The notes below the pieces were generated by a model. It did not search any database. It had not been told where the DNA came from and was given only the letters and a program-made list of their open reading frames with translations. This document shows, piece by piece, positions 41,527 through 51,362 of a stretch of DNA of 64,000 bases. The stretch is from an uncultured cyanobacterium (lineage in GTDB: Bacteria > Cyanobacteriota > Cyanobacteriia > Cyanobacteriales > CAWUOF01). A program made the translations under genes and the position numbers. The stretch is from the NCBI GenBank assembly GCA_963744145.1, contig CAVUSO010000001.1, positions 6,880,001 to 6,944,000 on the forward strand, read 5' to 3'. The first letter of the stretch is position 1; the number at the start of each line of letters is the position of its first letter.

Positions 41527-42339
41527 CTACCAGCCCGGAATCCTTGGAGTCGGAATGCTCGGAGTTGGAATGCTCGGAGTTGAGATTGAGTGTACTGGGT
41601 TAGGTAAAGAAATCCCTGGAAATAATTTTTGCAAAGATTGCTGCAATTTGTCTGCTCCTGGCAACTTTCGGCTATACCCAGAAAAGAAAGACCCTTCGAG
41701 GATGGTCTTAATTTCCTCAAGAGTAATGCTCTGGGGTTTACCAATCTGCCCATCTTCAGAAATAGAAACTTTTTTCCCCTGTTCGAGAATCAATTTTGTT
41801 GGAGACTCAGACGAAGAATCGCTTTTCACTTTATTATCTTTAGGGATATTGGTTATTTCCACACTACCTTCTAATACCTTGCACCCATAAGTTTTATTTT
41901 TATCTAACTCCATCACAAAGGTTGTACCCTGAGTAGCGGCTCGCACGGAACCAGTACAGGCATTCGTAGGACCGCTAGCCAGAATACTTCCCCGATCAAT
42001 TGTGATACATTCCCCAATCACTAGAGAAGTATTCGGTCCGAGTCGTCCTGCTGCTCCATTATTGAATTCGAGTCCAGCACGGGAGTTTCCGGTACGGACT
42101 TGTTGCCCTGATTTAGCCACCTCATTTACCGGCACCATATTATTGTCAATAAATACCTCATTACCATCCAGAATCTCTGTCACGGTAGCTTGAGTGATAT
42201 CATCAGCTTGAACAGGATTTAGCCAAACTCCCAGAAATACAAATAGACAGAAGCTAACTATGAATACATAGACGATTTGCCGAAATTGCTTGTGTTGCCA
42301 TCTGTACATAAAAACCTCATGGAGCATCTCTATTTCCAA
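41527..42339 (-). CDS. FecR-domain secreted protein, likely partner of the CHASE2 cyclase
   Basis: VRTGNSRAGLEF, AATQGTTF, VLEGSV; C-terminal TPSIP repeats. Confidence 0.82.
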   Translation of the reverse strand: MEIEMLHEVFMYRWQHKQFRQIVYVFIVSFCLFVFLGVWLNPVQADDITQATVTEILDGNEVFIDNNMVPVNEVAKSGQQVRTGNSRAGLEFNNGAAGRLGPNTSLVIGECITIDRGSILASGPTNACTGSVRAATQGTTFVMELDKNKTYGCKVLEGSVEITNIPKDNKVKSDSSSESPTKLILEQGKKVSISEDGQIGKPQSITLEEIKTILEGSFFSGYSRKLPGADKLQQSLQKLFPGISLPNPVHSISTPSIPTPSIPTPRIPGW

Positions 42340-42462
42340 TCTATGATGAGGGGTCAGACATCCCCATAAGCTAATTATGCTCCAATAATACCCATGATGC
42401 TAGGATTTCTGCTTTATTTCCCTGGGGGAATAAGGGAAATATAAGGAAGCTATTTTACTACT

Positions 42463-42566
42463 TAAGAATGAAAAATAAATAACTTGATGATTTGGTTCGT
42501 AGTCAGCGCTCTCTTCGCTCTAATTGCCTACTAAAAGCAAACAAATTATTTAATTTTTATTCCTTA
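42463..42566 (+). mobile_element. MITE family B copy
   Basis: Imperfect TIRs taagaatgaaaaataaataa / ttatttaatttttattcctta; homologous to the inverted copy at 60487-60589. Confidence 0.75.
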
Positions 42567-42589
42567 CAAGCAAGTCGTAATTGGTGGGT

Positions 42590-42772
42590 GAGACTTTATT
42601 AAGAATGGAAGATCAACAGGAAGCGATCGCTAATTTACAGAAAGCCGCTAATTTATTTCAAGCTCAAAGAAAAAATTAAGATGCTAAAAAAGCTTTAGAA
42701 ATAATTGAGCAACTCCAAGAATAGACAATCAGACATAAAAAACCTAACCTAACATTTTTTACAATTTTATCC
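42590..42772 (+). repeat. Duplicated 3' end of the protease-TPR gene (partner at 47915-48097)
   Basis: Near-identical gagactttattaagaatggaa...aattttatcc; this copy carries an in-frame TAA. Confidence 0.92.
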
Positions 42773-42888
42773 TGTTCACATCCCCTTTGCCCTGGGCTAT
42801 TTCTGCATCCAATTGATCGACCAAATCAATCAAGAGTTGAAAAATTGTCGCGGGATTTGGGTGAAGCATTTCCTGATTATTATCGCTA

Positions 42889-44349
42889 CTATATACCATG
42901 AGACCTTAATAGAATTGCGCTAATGGGAGGGATGTTTAAGGTGGCAATTCCCACGTTACTGACTGGGTAAGTCTGACCTGGAGCAGCAATCCAGCTACCA
43001 TCAGCATTGATTGGCGCACCGTTCAGCAATTGGCCACTTGTACTCAGCAGAGATGGTCCAGTTAAAGTCAGTGCTTGTAAACCCTCAGCTTGAATACCTA
43101 GATTCAGATTGGCTGTTACGGTCGTTGTTTGGTCTTTATTAATGAGTACAAAATTGACCCCACCATCATTTCGCATGACTCCATAAGCAGTGAAGTTAAT
43201 GTTTCTGTCCAGTGCGATCGCTGTGGGAACAGCTCTACCTTGTGCCGCTTTGGCAAATAAGGTGATGCCATAAAATTCCGGACGTGCGCTCTCAATCTTA
43301 CCATCGATGTCTGCGATGGGGGTATAGCCATTGCTATTACCGCCTCCATGAAAATTAACGCCACTACAGCCATTGATAGCACAGATAAATAGGTAATCGA
43401 GTGCCCACAAGGCAGTACCATAGGTATTGCTAATATTGGGCGCACCATTATTATAGAAAGAATTACATTCCCCCATCCTGAAGCCGAACGGTAGGTGATT
43501 ATCTTTGGCCACCATACTTATTTTCTTGACCCAGGCTGGTAATCCTGGATCAGCTTGCAATAACAAATCCAGCGTCGAACTGGGAAGCTGACCATTAGCC
43601 CGGTAATAATGATGTGTTAACATCACCGTCTGGCTGGCTGTATCATGGGCAAAGGGGATCGAATAGGTGGGATCGTAGGCCGCAGCTGGACCAATAAAAT
43701 TTGCATTGGGTAGTTCTGTGCGAATTGCCCTGACTATTTCCTGCCACTCTCTGAGGAAGTCGGCGTAACTCCAGTTTTTCGGGCGATCGCCGCTTGACTT
43801 ATACAAGTCAGGTTCGTTACCGATTTCAAAGCCCATTAAATTGTCGCCTAGCTGATTTGCCACATACTTAGCTTCAGCGACAGCATTGCTTACCGTGTTT
43901 TTGGCTAGATTTATGCCATAAATTATTTTCCAACTAGTGGCTTGTGCAAAACTCGCCAGCGCATCAATACTAGATGGTGTAATGGCCGGCAATCCGCCAA
44001 CTACACCGTTCCAGCTAGTGTGATCGACTTCATAGGCACTGATGCGTAAAACACTGGGTCCCAAGAGCCCGAACAGATTGATTAATGCTGTATTTGTGTT
44101 GGTGAATAAAGGAACCTGTAGTTTATTTTTTTCGTAACTTAGCCCTGCAAATTGGCTGTCGATGAGTGAACCAGGACTAGCTGTTAATAAGCTGATTTTT
44201 GCGTTGACTATAGAGCGCGGAGTGGTCGAAGTTGATGGTGTTTGCTTTGACAGTGCTACACCGAAAGGTATTAACAGACCCCAGCCTATTGCTTTAATTA
44301 GTGTTCGGCGCTGCTGGAAAAATAGGGGTACTTCTAATTTGTGTGGCAT
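42889..44349 (-). CDS. Glycoside hydrolase family 79 (beta-glucuronidase/heparanase-like), Tat-like signal
   Basis: RRTLIK, FEIGNEPDLY, FRMGECNS, ALWALDY, GVNFHGG. Confidence 0.85.
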   Translation of the reverse strand: MPHKLEVPLFFQQRRTLIKAIGWGLLIPFGVALSKQTPSTSTTPRSIVNAKISLLTASPGSLIDSQFAGLSYEKNKLQVPLFTNTNTALINLFGLLGPSVLRISAYEVDHTSWNGVVGGLPAITPSSIDALASFAQATSWKIIYGINLAKNTVSNAVAEAKYVANQLGDNLMGFEIGNEPDLYKSSGDRPKNWSYADFLREWQEIVRAIRTELPNANFIGPAAAYDPTYSIPFAHDTASQTVMLTHHYYRANGQLPSSTLDLLLQADPGLPAWVKKISMVAKDNHLPFGFRMGECNSFYNNGAPNISNTYGTALWALDYLFICAINGCSGVNFHGGGNSNGYTPIADIDGKIESARPEFYGITLFAKAAQGRAVPTAIALDRNINFTAYGVMRNDGGVNFVLINKDQTTTVTANLNLGIQAEGLQALTLTGPSLLSTSGQLLNGAPINADGSWIAAPGQTYPVSNVGIATLNIPPISAILLRSHGI

Positions 44350-44501
44350 TGTGATTAGGACACCTACAGCAATAAACTTTTGTCCTATTATAGGATATCA
44401 AGTTTTGCCAACAAAATCGCATTGGCCAATTTCTCACAATAAATGCTATTTTATCTTTGGCAGTTTTAGCATTTATTTCCATAGAAACAAGAGTTTAGGT
44501 T

Positions 44502-45974
44502 TTATTTGCTGCTACCATTCACAAACCACAAAGCATCATCTGGTGGCAAGTTTTTCTCGATTTTTCCCAATACATCTACATAGGTTTGCCCCGAAGTTGG
44601 GTGATCTTCTTTAAGCACATGATCATCTTGAGTATTTGAGGAAATACTAAGAGCAAATTCATTCAACACAGCTTTAGCTGTTAATGGATTACTAGCATTT
44701 TCTCCTGTGAGTCTAAAAAGTATATTGCTGTGATCACAATCGTTGTCTTTTCCTCTGACCAAACAGATCACGGGATTATTGTTTACCACACCATTAGTAA
44801 AATACAATTCTTCCCAAGTATTTACACCATATTTCTCGATCAGTTCGTTCAAGCGATCGGTAGCTTGCTCACACCGTTTGTAAGGTGTCAAGGTTTCATC
44901 TGGAGAAAGTTGGATTGAGCGTGTCCAATTTACTAATGTCTGTGTCTTAGTAGAATTAACTCTAGCGACAACTGTGGCAAAACTATTTCCCTCTGCGGAT
45001 TTACAGATAAAATATGGTAAATTATTGTTGGGATTATTAGGATCATTAGCTGCATACCTAGTATTTTGAGCAGTAACATTAAAGGGTTCTTTTTGAAAAT
45101 TATTGTTCGCTGCAATATTTGGTTTTGCTTGCGCTAAGTAGACAAGATCATTGTCGGTATTCTGGTCAAAAGAGTTGTGCTGGATAGTCGGACTAGCAGT
45201 TTGAGTAATGACGATACCAATTCGGTTATCTTGAATTTGGTTATTGTCGATTAATGGGCTAGATGCTCCCGCGATCGCGAGAGCATAACCTGTATGATGG
45301 AACTGATTACCACGAATTTCTCCTCTAGCGGAACCACCGACAGCAATACCATTACCGTGATTGTTACTAAAGATATTATTATTAATTTTCGCCACAGCAT
45401 TACCGCTCAGAAAAATTCCTTCCCGATCGTTATTGATAAAGGTACTATTGCGAATAGTAGGATTACTATCTTCTACCCAAATCGCAGTTCCTCTTGTTTC
45501 AGAGTTAGTGACAGTAACACCAAGGATTTGACTATTTCCCTCTGGCACAATAGTTACGTTTTGGCTAAAATAGAAACGACTAAGATATGCACCACTTCCT
45601 GCGATCGTTACTCCGTTACCTTGTTCATTTTCATTACCGATCACAGTTACACCGCTTTTTATTATCAGAGGAAATTTTTCACCTTGAGCATAATGTCCTG
45701 GTGCCAGCACAATAGTTGTACCAGATGTAGCGTTTTGTAAAGCCATACTAATCGTAGAAAAAGCATTTGCTTCGCTTTGTCCGCTATTTGAGTCATTTCC
45801 AGTTTGAGGATTGACATATATAGTTTGCTGTAACTCATGCTGGGTAACTATCATACTTGATGAAGCTGGGATAGTTTTCGGTTGAATGGGTGCTGCTGCT
45901 ACACCTGAAATGGGAATCAATCCACACAAACTAATCCCCAATAATGCTACTTTAGACTGGATTTTAGTTGTCAT
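44502..45974 (-). CDS. Secreted DUF1565 beta-helix protein with C-terminal COP23-like domain
   Basis: IYVNPQTGND, LAPGHY, RGTAIWVE; C-terminal TPYKRCEQ...NGVVNNNPVIC...ILFRL. Confidence 0.8.
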   Translation of the reverse strand: MTTKIQSKVALLGISLCGLIPISGVAAAPIQPKTIPASSSMIVTQHELQQTIYVNPQTGNDSNSGQSEANAFSTISMALQNATSGTTIVLAPGHYAQGEKFPLIIKSGVTVIGNENEQGNGVTIAGSGAYLSRFYFSQNVTIVPEGNSQILGVTVTNSETRGTAIWVEDSNPTIRNSTFINNDREGIFLSGNAVAKINNNIFSNNHGNGIAVGGSARGEIRGNQFHHTGYALAIAGASSPLIDNNQIQDNRIGIVITQTASPTIQHNSFDQNTDNDLVYLAQAKPNIAANNNFQKEPFNVTAQNTRYAANDPNNPNNNLPYFICKSAEGNSFATVVARVNSTKTQTLVNWTRSIQLSPDETLTPYKRCEQATDRLNELIEKYGVNTWEELYFTNGVVNNNPVICLVRGKDNDCDHSNILFRLTGENASNPLTAKAVLNEFALSISSNTQDDHVLKEDHPTSGQTYVDVLGKIEKNLPPDDALWFVNGSSK

Positions 45975-46181
45975 AATAACCTCCGAAATATCTACAAATT
46001 TAGCTTTTCAAAGCTAGTTGACTTTATTGATTTTCAATGCTTTTGATTCAAGCTATCAGTTGAGAACTAATATCTTATTTTCTTACTTCCACCGCATTAT
46101 TTTGGTTATCAAAATAATAGCACAATATTTATTTGTCTATTTTCGATATTTCAATAATAATGTCTGCATTATGTGGAACAT

Positions 46182-46217
46182 AAATGTCGGAAATGTCGGA
46201 AATGTCGGAAATGTCGG
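46182..46217 (+). repeat. 9-bp direct repeat AAATGTCGG x4 in a divergent promoter region
   Basis: Directly visible. Confidence 0.9.
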
Positions 46218-46316
46218 ATTTTGACATTCGGAGGATAATATTCAGATAATATATAAATTTAATTTTTGTCTATACTATTCATAAGATGGCTGTTTCGTTT
46301 TCTCCAAAAATAGTTT

Positions 46317-46472
46317 GACCTCTCCCCCAACCCCTCTCCTAAGAGGAAAGGGGAGCAATGATTTAATAGCATTACTCCTCCCATTCCTCTCCTAAAATGC
46401 GAGAGAAGCAATGATTTACTAGTATTAATTACTCCCCATTCCCTTGTAGGGAAGGGGGTTGGGGGGTTAGGT
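46317..46472. repeat. Cyanobacterial REP/MITE-like hairpin element
   Basis: cctctcccccaacccc ... gggggttgggggttagg inverted arms with internal hairpins. Confidence 0.65.
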
Positions 46473-46549
46473 TTTAGGATTTAGAAGCGAGAATCAAACA
46501 GTCCTGTTATTCACAATGGATCAAAATACTCCTAACGAGCCAATATTTT

Positions 46550-48049
46550 ATGAAAGTACGTTACCATTTTCTTAGTAGCATCTTAGCCAGAATAATAACA
46601 CTAGCAACATTAATTCTATTTGTACCTATAGTAGTTTTTGCTACCGGTTCACCAGGAAAGGAAATAAAAACAGAAAAAGAAATTAAGGCTTTTGCTAATT
46701 TAGTTACTGTGAAAATCTATCGAAAAAAAGCTGAAGGTTCTGGATTTATTATTGCTAAAAAAGGTAATACATATACTGTGGCGACAGCTAACCATGTTTT
46801 TGATGATAAATCCGCAACTTATCACATTCATACTTATGATGGAAAAGAATATCAAGCAACTATTGTCAATCTGCAAAAAAAAGACAATATTGATGTAGCA
46901 ATTGCAACATTTGAAAGTACAGAGTCTTATCAAGTTGCAACTTTAAGTGATTCTTGTCCTGATGGCAAAGTTTATGTTTCTGGATATTTATATGGTGATA
47001 TACAGTTTACATCCGGTGGTGTTACTAATAGCAAGAGTAATTGTCTCTCAATGGATGAAAAAGAAAATGGTTATAACTTAAATTACGGTGCTCCTACCGC
47101 TCCAGGGATGAGTGGAGGACCTGTATTTGATGAAGAAGAACGAGTCGTTGCTATTCATGCAGAAGGGATTACATCTAATTCTGAAGTAAAAGGTATTACT
47201 AAAAGTTTTATAGGTTCAATAGGTTCAGCCGAAATGCTGACCGGATTTAATGTGGGAATTCCTATTAATATATTTCTCAAAAAAATATCAGAGAATGGGT
47301 TAGATCCTTCTGGAATTGTGGTAGATAAATCTCCTGTCAATCCTAATTTATCTCCCAATCTCAATCACCCTAATGACGCTAAGAGTTATTATCTTAGAGG
47401 TTTAACTAAACTTGATCAAGGTGATTTAGACGGTGCGATCGCAGATTTTAATGAAGCAATTCAAAAACAATCAGATTATGATGCTGATGCTTATTTTTAT
47501 CAAGGTATTGCTTATTTATATAAGGGAGATTTACCAAATAGTATGACTGACTTTAACCAAGCGATCACTTTAAATGCAAGTTATACTAATGCTTATTTTA
47601 ATCGGGCGCTAATTCATCAAGCAATGGGGGATAAAAAAAGTGCTATTGATGATTATAATCAAGTAATTCGTTTAGATGGATATTTGGCAGAAGCTTACAA
47701 TAATAGAGGACTGATATTTTCAAGTTTAGGGTATCAGGAACGAGCAATTAATGACTTTACTAAAGCTCTCGAAATTAATCCAGTTCGAGCTAATACTTAT
47801 TATAATCGAGGATTAGCATTTTTCCGTAGTCATCAATATCAACAAGCTTTAGCTGATTATACTCAAGCGATTATAATTAATCCTAATTATGCCAAAGCTT
47901 ATGCTAGTCGAGGAGAGACTTTATTAAGAATGGAATATCAACAGGAAGCGATCGCTAATTTACAGAAAGCCGCTAATTTATTTCAAGCTCAAGGAATGAA
48001 TGAAGATGCTAAAAAAGCTTTAGAAATAATTGAGCAACTCCAAAAATAG
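46550..48049 (+). CDS. Trypsin-like serine protease with C-terminal TPRs
   Basis: ANHV (His), DVA (Asp), GMSGGP (Ser); multiple AYxNRG TPR motifs. Confidence 0.93.
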   Translation: MKVRYHFLSSILARIITLATLILFVPIVVFATGSPGKEIKTEKEIKAFANLVTVKIYRKKAEGSGFIIAKKGNTYTVATANHVFDDKSATYHIHTYDGKEYQATIVNLQKKDNIDVAIATFESTESYQVATLSDSCPDGKVYVSGYLYGDIQFTSGGVTNSKSNCLSMDEKENGYNLNYGAPTAPGMSGGPVFDEEERVVAIHAEGITSNSEVKGITKSFIGSIGSAEMLTGFNVGIPINIFLKKISENGLDPSGIVVDKSPVNPNLSPNLNHPNDAKSYYLRGLTKLDQGDLDGAIADFNEAIQKQSDYDADAYFYQGIAYLYKGDLPNSMTDFNQAITLNASYTNAYFNRALIHQAMGDKKSAIDDYNQVIRLDGYLAEAYNNRGLIFSSLGYQERAINDFTKALEINPVRANTYYNRGLAFFRSHQYQQALADYTQAIIINPNYAKAYASRGETLLRMEYQQEAIANLQKAANLFQAQGMNEDAKKALEIIEQLQK

Positions 48050-48101
48050 ACAATCAGACATAAAAAACCTAACCTAACATTTTTTAAAATTTTATCCCCT
48101 C

Positions 48102-49310
48102 TGTAGGGGCAAAGCATTTCGGCGAAAAAATCATGGCTTTAACACCGAAAACTATGACCGAAATGCTTTGCCCTCGGCCATTTCTGCCTCCAAGCGATCA
48201 ACCCAATCAACCAATTTCTGCCTCCAACCGCGATCGATCAAATCAACCAATTTCTGCCTCCAATCAATCGACCAAATCAACCAATTTCTGCCTCCAATCG
48301 ATCGACCAAATCAACCAATTTCTGCCTCCAATCGATCGACCAAATCAATTAATAGTTTGAGAATTGTCGCGGGGGCTGGGCGAAGCATTCCCCAATTAAA
48401 TTTATCCATAATCTGATCAGTGATCGTGGGGAATGCTTCGCCCCTACAGCGATCGCCTGAATAGCTCCATCAACCTGAAACAGCATTTGAGCCATCTTTG
48501 TAGGGGCAAAGCATTTCGGCGAAAAAATCATGGCTTTAACACCGAAAACTATGACCGAAATGCTTTGCCCTCGGCCATTTCTGCCTCCAACCGATCAACC
48601 AGATCAACCAATTTCTGCATCCAATCAATCGACCAAATCAACCAATTTCTGCCTCCAATCGATCGACCAAATCAACCAATTTCTGCCTCCAATCGATCGA
48701 CCAAATCAACCAATTTCTGCCTCCAAGCGATCGACCAGATCAACCAATTTCCGCCTCCAAGCGATCGACCAAATCAACCAATAGTTTGAGAATTGTCGCG
48801 GGGGCTGGGCGAAGCATTCCCCAATTAAATTTATCCATAATCTGATCAGTGATCGTGGGGAATGCTTCGCCCCTACAGCGATTGCCTGAATAGCTCCATC
48901 AACCTGAAACAGCATTTGAGCCATCTTTGTAGGGGCAAAGCATTTCGGCGAAGAAATTATTGCCTTAACACCGAAAATTTTGACCGAAATGCTTTGCCCT
49001 CGGCCATTTCTGCCTCCAACCGATCAACCAGATCAACCAATTTCTGCATCCAATCGATCGACCAGATCAACCAATTTCTGCCTCCAATCGATCGACCAGA
49101 TCAACCAATTTCTGCCTCCAATCGATCGACCAGATCAACCAATTTCTGCCTCCAATCGATCGACCAAATCAACCAACAGTTGGAAAATTGTCGCCGGGGC
49201 TGGGCCAAATATTTCCTGATTGTCAATTGTCGCGGGGGCTGGGCGAAGCATTCCCCAATTAAGTTGATCCATGATCTGATCAATTGTCGTGGGGAATGCT
49301 TCGCCCCTAC
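48102..49310. repeat. Hierarchical repeat array: three units of about 400 bp, each with REP-like inverted repeats and a 34-bp tandem microarray
   Basis: gtaggggcaaagcatttcgg / gaatgcttcgcccctac arms; caatttctgcctccaatcgatcgaccaaatcaac tandem units. Confidence 0.93.
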
Positions 49311-49403
49311 GGTTATTATGGATATTATTGTCAATGGTGTTGCTGATTGATCACTTGTTATAATTAGGATAAATTCACCCGAAATAATATCTCAGGGATA
49401 ACT

Positions 49404-49718
49404 ATGACAGACGAAGACTTAAAAAAACTGGTAGAAAGTAATGCTCGTTCTATTCAAGCACTTACTGATAATATTAATTCCTTTGCTGATCGAATGTCTC
49501 AATTAATGGAACAAGCACAAGCAGAACGACAAGAACTCCGTCAAGCAATGATCCAATCGCAAGCAGAACAGCAAGAACTTCGTCAAGCGACCATAGGAAT
49601 TGCTAACCTGCTTGCGGCTCTTGACCAAGATCGTCCTACAATACTCAAACGTTTAACATCGATTGAGAACAAAATAGACCAAATTTTGGAAAAAAATCAA
49701 TTTGGCAATAATGAATGA
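49404..49718 (+). CDS. Coiled-coil hypothetical protein
   Basis: MTDEDLKKLVESNARSIQAL; heptad pattern. Confidence 0.75.
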   Translation: MTDEDLKKLVESNARSIQALTDNINSFADRMSQLMEQAQAERQELRQAMIQSQAEQQELRQATIGIANLLAALDQDRPTILKRLTSIENKIDQILEKNQFGNNE

Positions 49719-49777
49719 AAATCAGTTGCTATAGTCTGCTTTATCGTCAACCCGCCCTGACTATAGCACCATTCCTA

Positions 49778-50560
49778 TTAAAAATTCACAGTCAACAACA
49801 CAGTACGTCGAGGCTGATTTTCCCCCTCCATTGTAAATCGAACTCGACCAAATCCTCCAGCTCCAGGTTTAATTAACTTATACTCAGAAGTCACATATCC
49901 AGTCGCTGTATTATATTCAGCAAAAACTCCACCTGGTTTTCTACCTACAGGACCATCTGCATCACCATCCCAAGTACCCCAATCATCATTAAGAGTAGAT
50001 AAGCGCGTTGGTACGAGGGAATCAACAATTTCTTTGGGAGTTAGTCGCAGATCAGCTAAAACTTGTTGAGCGTTATGAATCCCACACATAGTTGGTCCAG
50101 AAATCTTGTGAGCATTGTAGCGACTGTTAGTCATTTCCACAAAACCAAAACCAACATTAGGACCTAAATTATCCTGTTTGTTTCTACCCCAGAGTCTACT
50201 AATATTGGCATTCTGTTTAATCCCAGTACCAGTTACACCTAATTCAGTAGGTTGAATAAAACCACGGTTAACAAATGATTCATCTGCTGTGCGAATTAGG
50301 TTAGCCACATCTTCATCTACATAAGAACTAGCATAATTGTTTCCTTGTAATATTCCTGATAATGCTCCAGGTATAGGTCGGGCAGCACAATAGGTTTGAA
50401 AAGCATTAAAGACTTGATTCGCGGAGAAATTATTGAGGTTAATGTCTAAGGAGTATGCTTCAGCAGGTTTTGGGAAAAATATTCCTGATGTTGTTGAAGC
50501 GGTAAAAGAAGCTCCACCCCAGATAATCATGCGATTAAATTGACGACGTGTTATATTCAT
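49778..50560 (-). CDS. Tat-exported hypothetical protein
   Basis: MNITRRQF twin-arginine signal, AEA cleavage site. Confidence 0.75.
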   Translation of the reverse strand: MNITRRQFNRMIIWGGASFTASTTSGIFFPKPAEAYSLDINLNNFSANQVFNAFQTYCAARPIPGALSGILQGNNYASSYVDEDVANLIRTADESFVNRGFIQPTELGVTGTGIKQNANISRLWGRNKQDNLGPNVGFGFVEMTNSRYNAHKISGPTMCGIHNAQQVLADLRLTPKEIVDSLVPTRLSTLNDDWGTWDGDADGPVGRKPGGVFAEYNTATGYVTSEYKLIKPGAGGFGRVRFTMEGENQPRRTVLLTVNF

Positions 50561-50573
50561 GATTTATCTGTGA

Positions 50574-51209
50574 TCAAAAAGATGTTGACTTTGGTATAAT
50601 ATCAAACCATGAAAATTCATACGGATGTGATCCACAACCTGTTTCTCTAGCACATTGCATATCTATGGAAAGACTACTACCATTACTAATATCTGTTTCC
50701 ATCGTATTTATCTTTCCATATTCACCCGTTTTTTTATCGACTAAATTTCCATCCACATAAACCTGGATCTCTAAAGGAGGTAACCCGCTAGCATCATCCA
50801 TCGCATACTGTATTTTCAGAATAGCAGGACCACCTGGAAGTTTACAAGTAAAACTACTTAAACCACTAACAGCGATTCCATGGTGACCAGTAAATATTTC
50901 TCTACCTACAGAAATATCTGCACCGCCCGGGTAAAGAAGATAATTACTGGATCTGGTAACGCACTTGAGGTTAAATACATATGTAGAGCCAGATTCAGGT
51001 ACTTCTTGGCCTAAATTATTCGATGGTGTCGATGTTGGAGAAGGAGTAGAATATGGTTGAGGGGATTGCATGGCTTTTTGTATATTGTGCAAAATACCCC
51101 ATGCGTAAGTATTGGACTGGGCTTGTGCTACACTAATATCGATCGCCTCCATAACCACCGAAATGGCACTAGCACATAGTAACTGACTAACTAACCTTAG
51201 CTTTTTCAT
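50574..51209 (-). CDS. Secreted protein with possible NPCBM/NEW2-like beta-sandwich
   Basis: Signal ending AQA, Ser/Pro/Thr linker, YAMDD...VYVDGNLV...DISNGSSLSI. Confidence 0.6.
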   Translation of the reverse strand: MKKLRLVSQLLCASAISVVMEAIDISVAQAQSNTYAWGILHNIQKAMQSPQPYSTPSPTSTPSNNLGQEVPESGSTYVFNLKCVTRSSNYLLYPGGADISVGREIFTGHHGIAVSGLSSFTCKLPGGPAILKIQYAMDDASGLPPLEIQVYVDGNLVDKKTGEYGKINTMETDISNGSSLSIDMQCARETGCGSHPYEFSWFDIIPKSTSF

Positions 51210-51298
51210 AAAAATATCCTGAAAACACCTCAGTGACATAAATATAATCGGTAACTTATCCGAGAAATGTCTGGAATTTGGTCAGACAATTCAATGAC

Positions 51299-51332
51299 AA
51301 ATATCGGAAATGTCGGAAATGTCGGATATAAT
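51299..51332 (+). promoter_or_regulatory. AAAT[GA]TCGG x3 abutting a TATAAT box upstream of the STAND gene
   Basis: aaatatcgg-aaatgtcgg-aaatgtcgg-a-TATAAT. Confidence 0.6.
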
Positions 51333-51362
51333 AGGGAAACAATATTCTCCCATCCCTAAGCT

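Noticed and set aside
44162..45740. Plus-strand ORFs 44162-44614 and 45294-45740 and similar antisense ORFs elsewhere
   Set aside because: They overlap well-supported genes on the opposite strand and show no motifs.
46018..46224. 68-aa ORF ending NVGNVGNVG
   Set aside because: It is a translation of the 9-bp repeat in AT-rich intergenic DNA.
48102..49350. Possible CRISPR array, or the ORFs 48133-49350 as real proteins
   Set aside because: The 34-bp units are head-to-tail with no unique spacers, and the overlapping ORFs in several frames are translations of the repeat.
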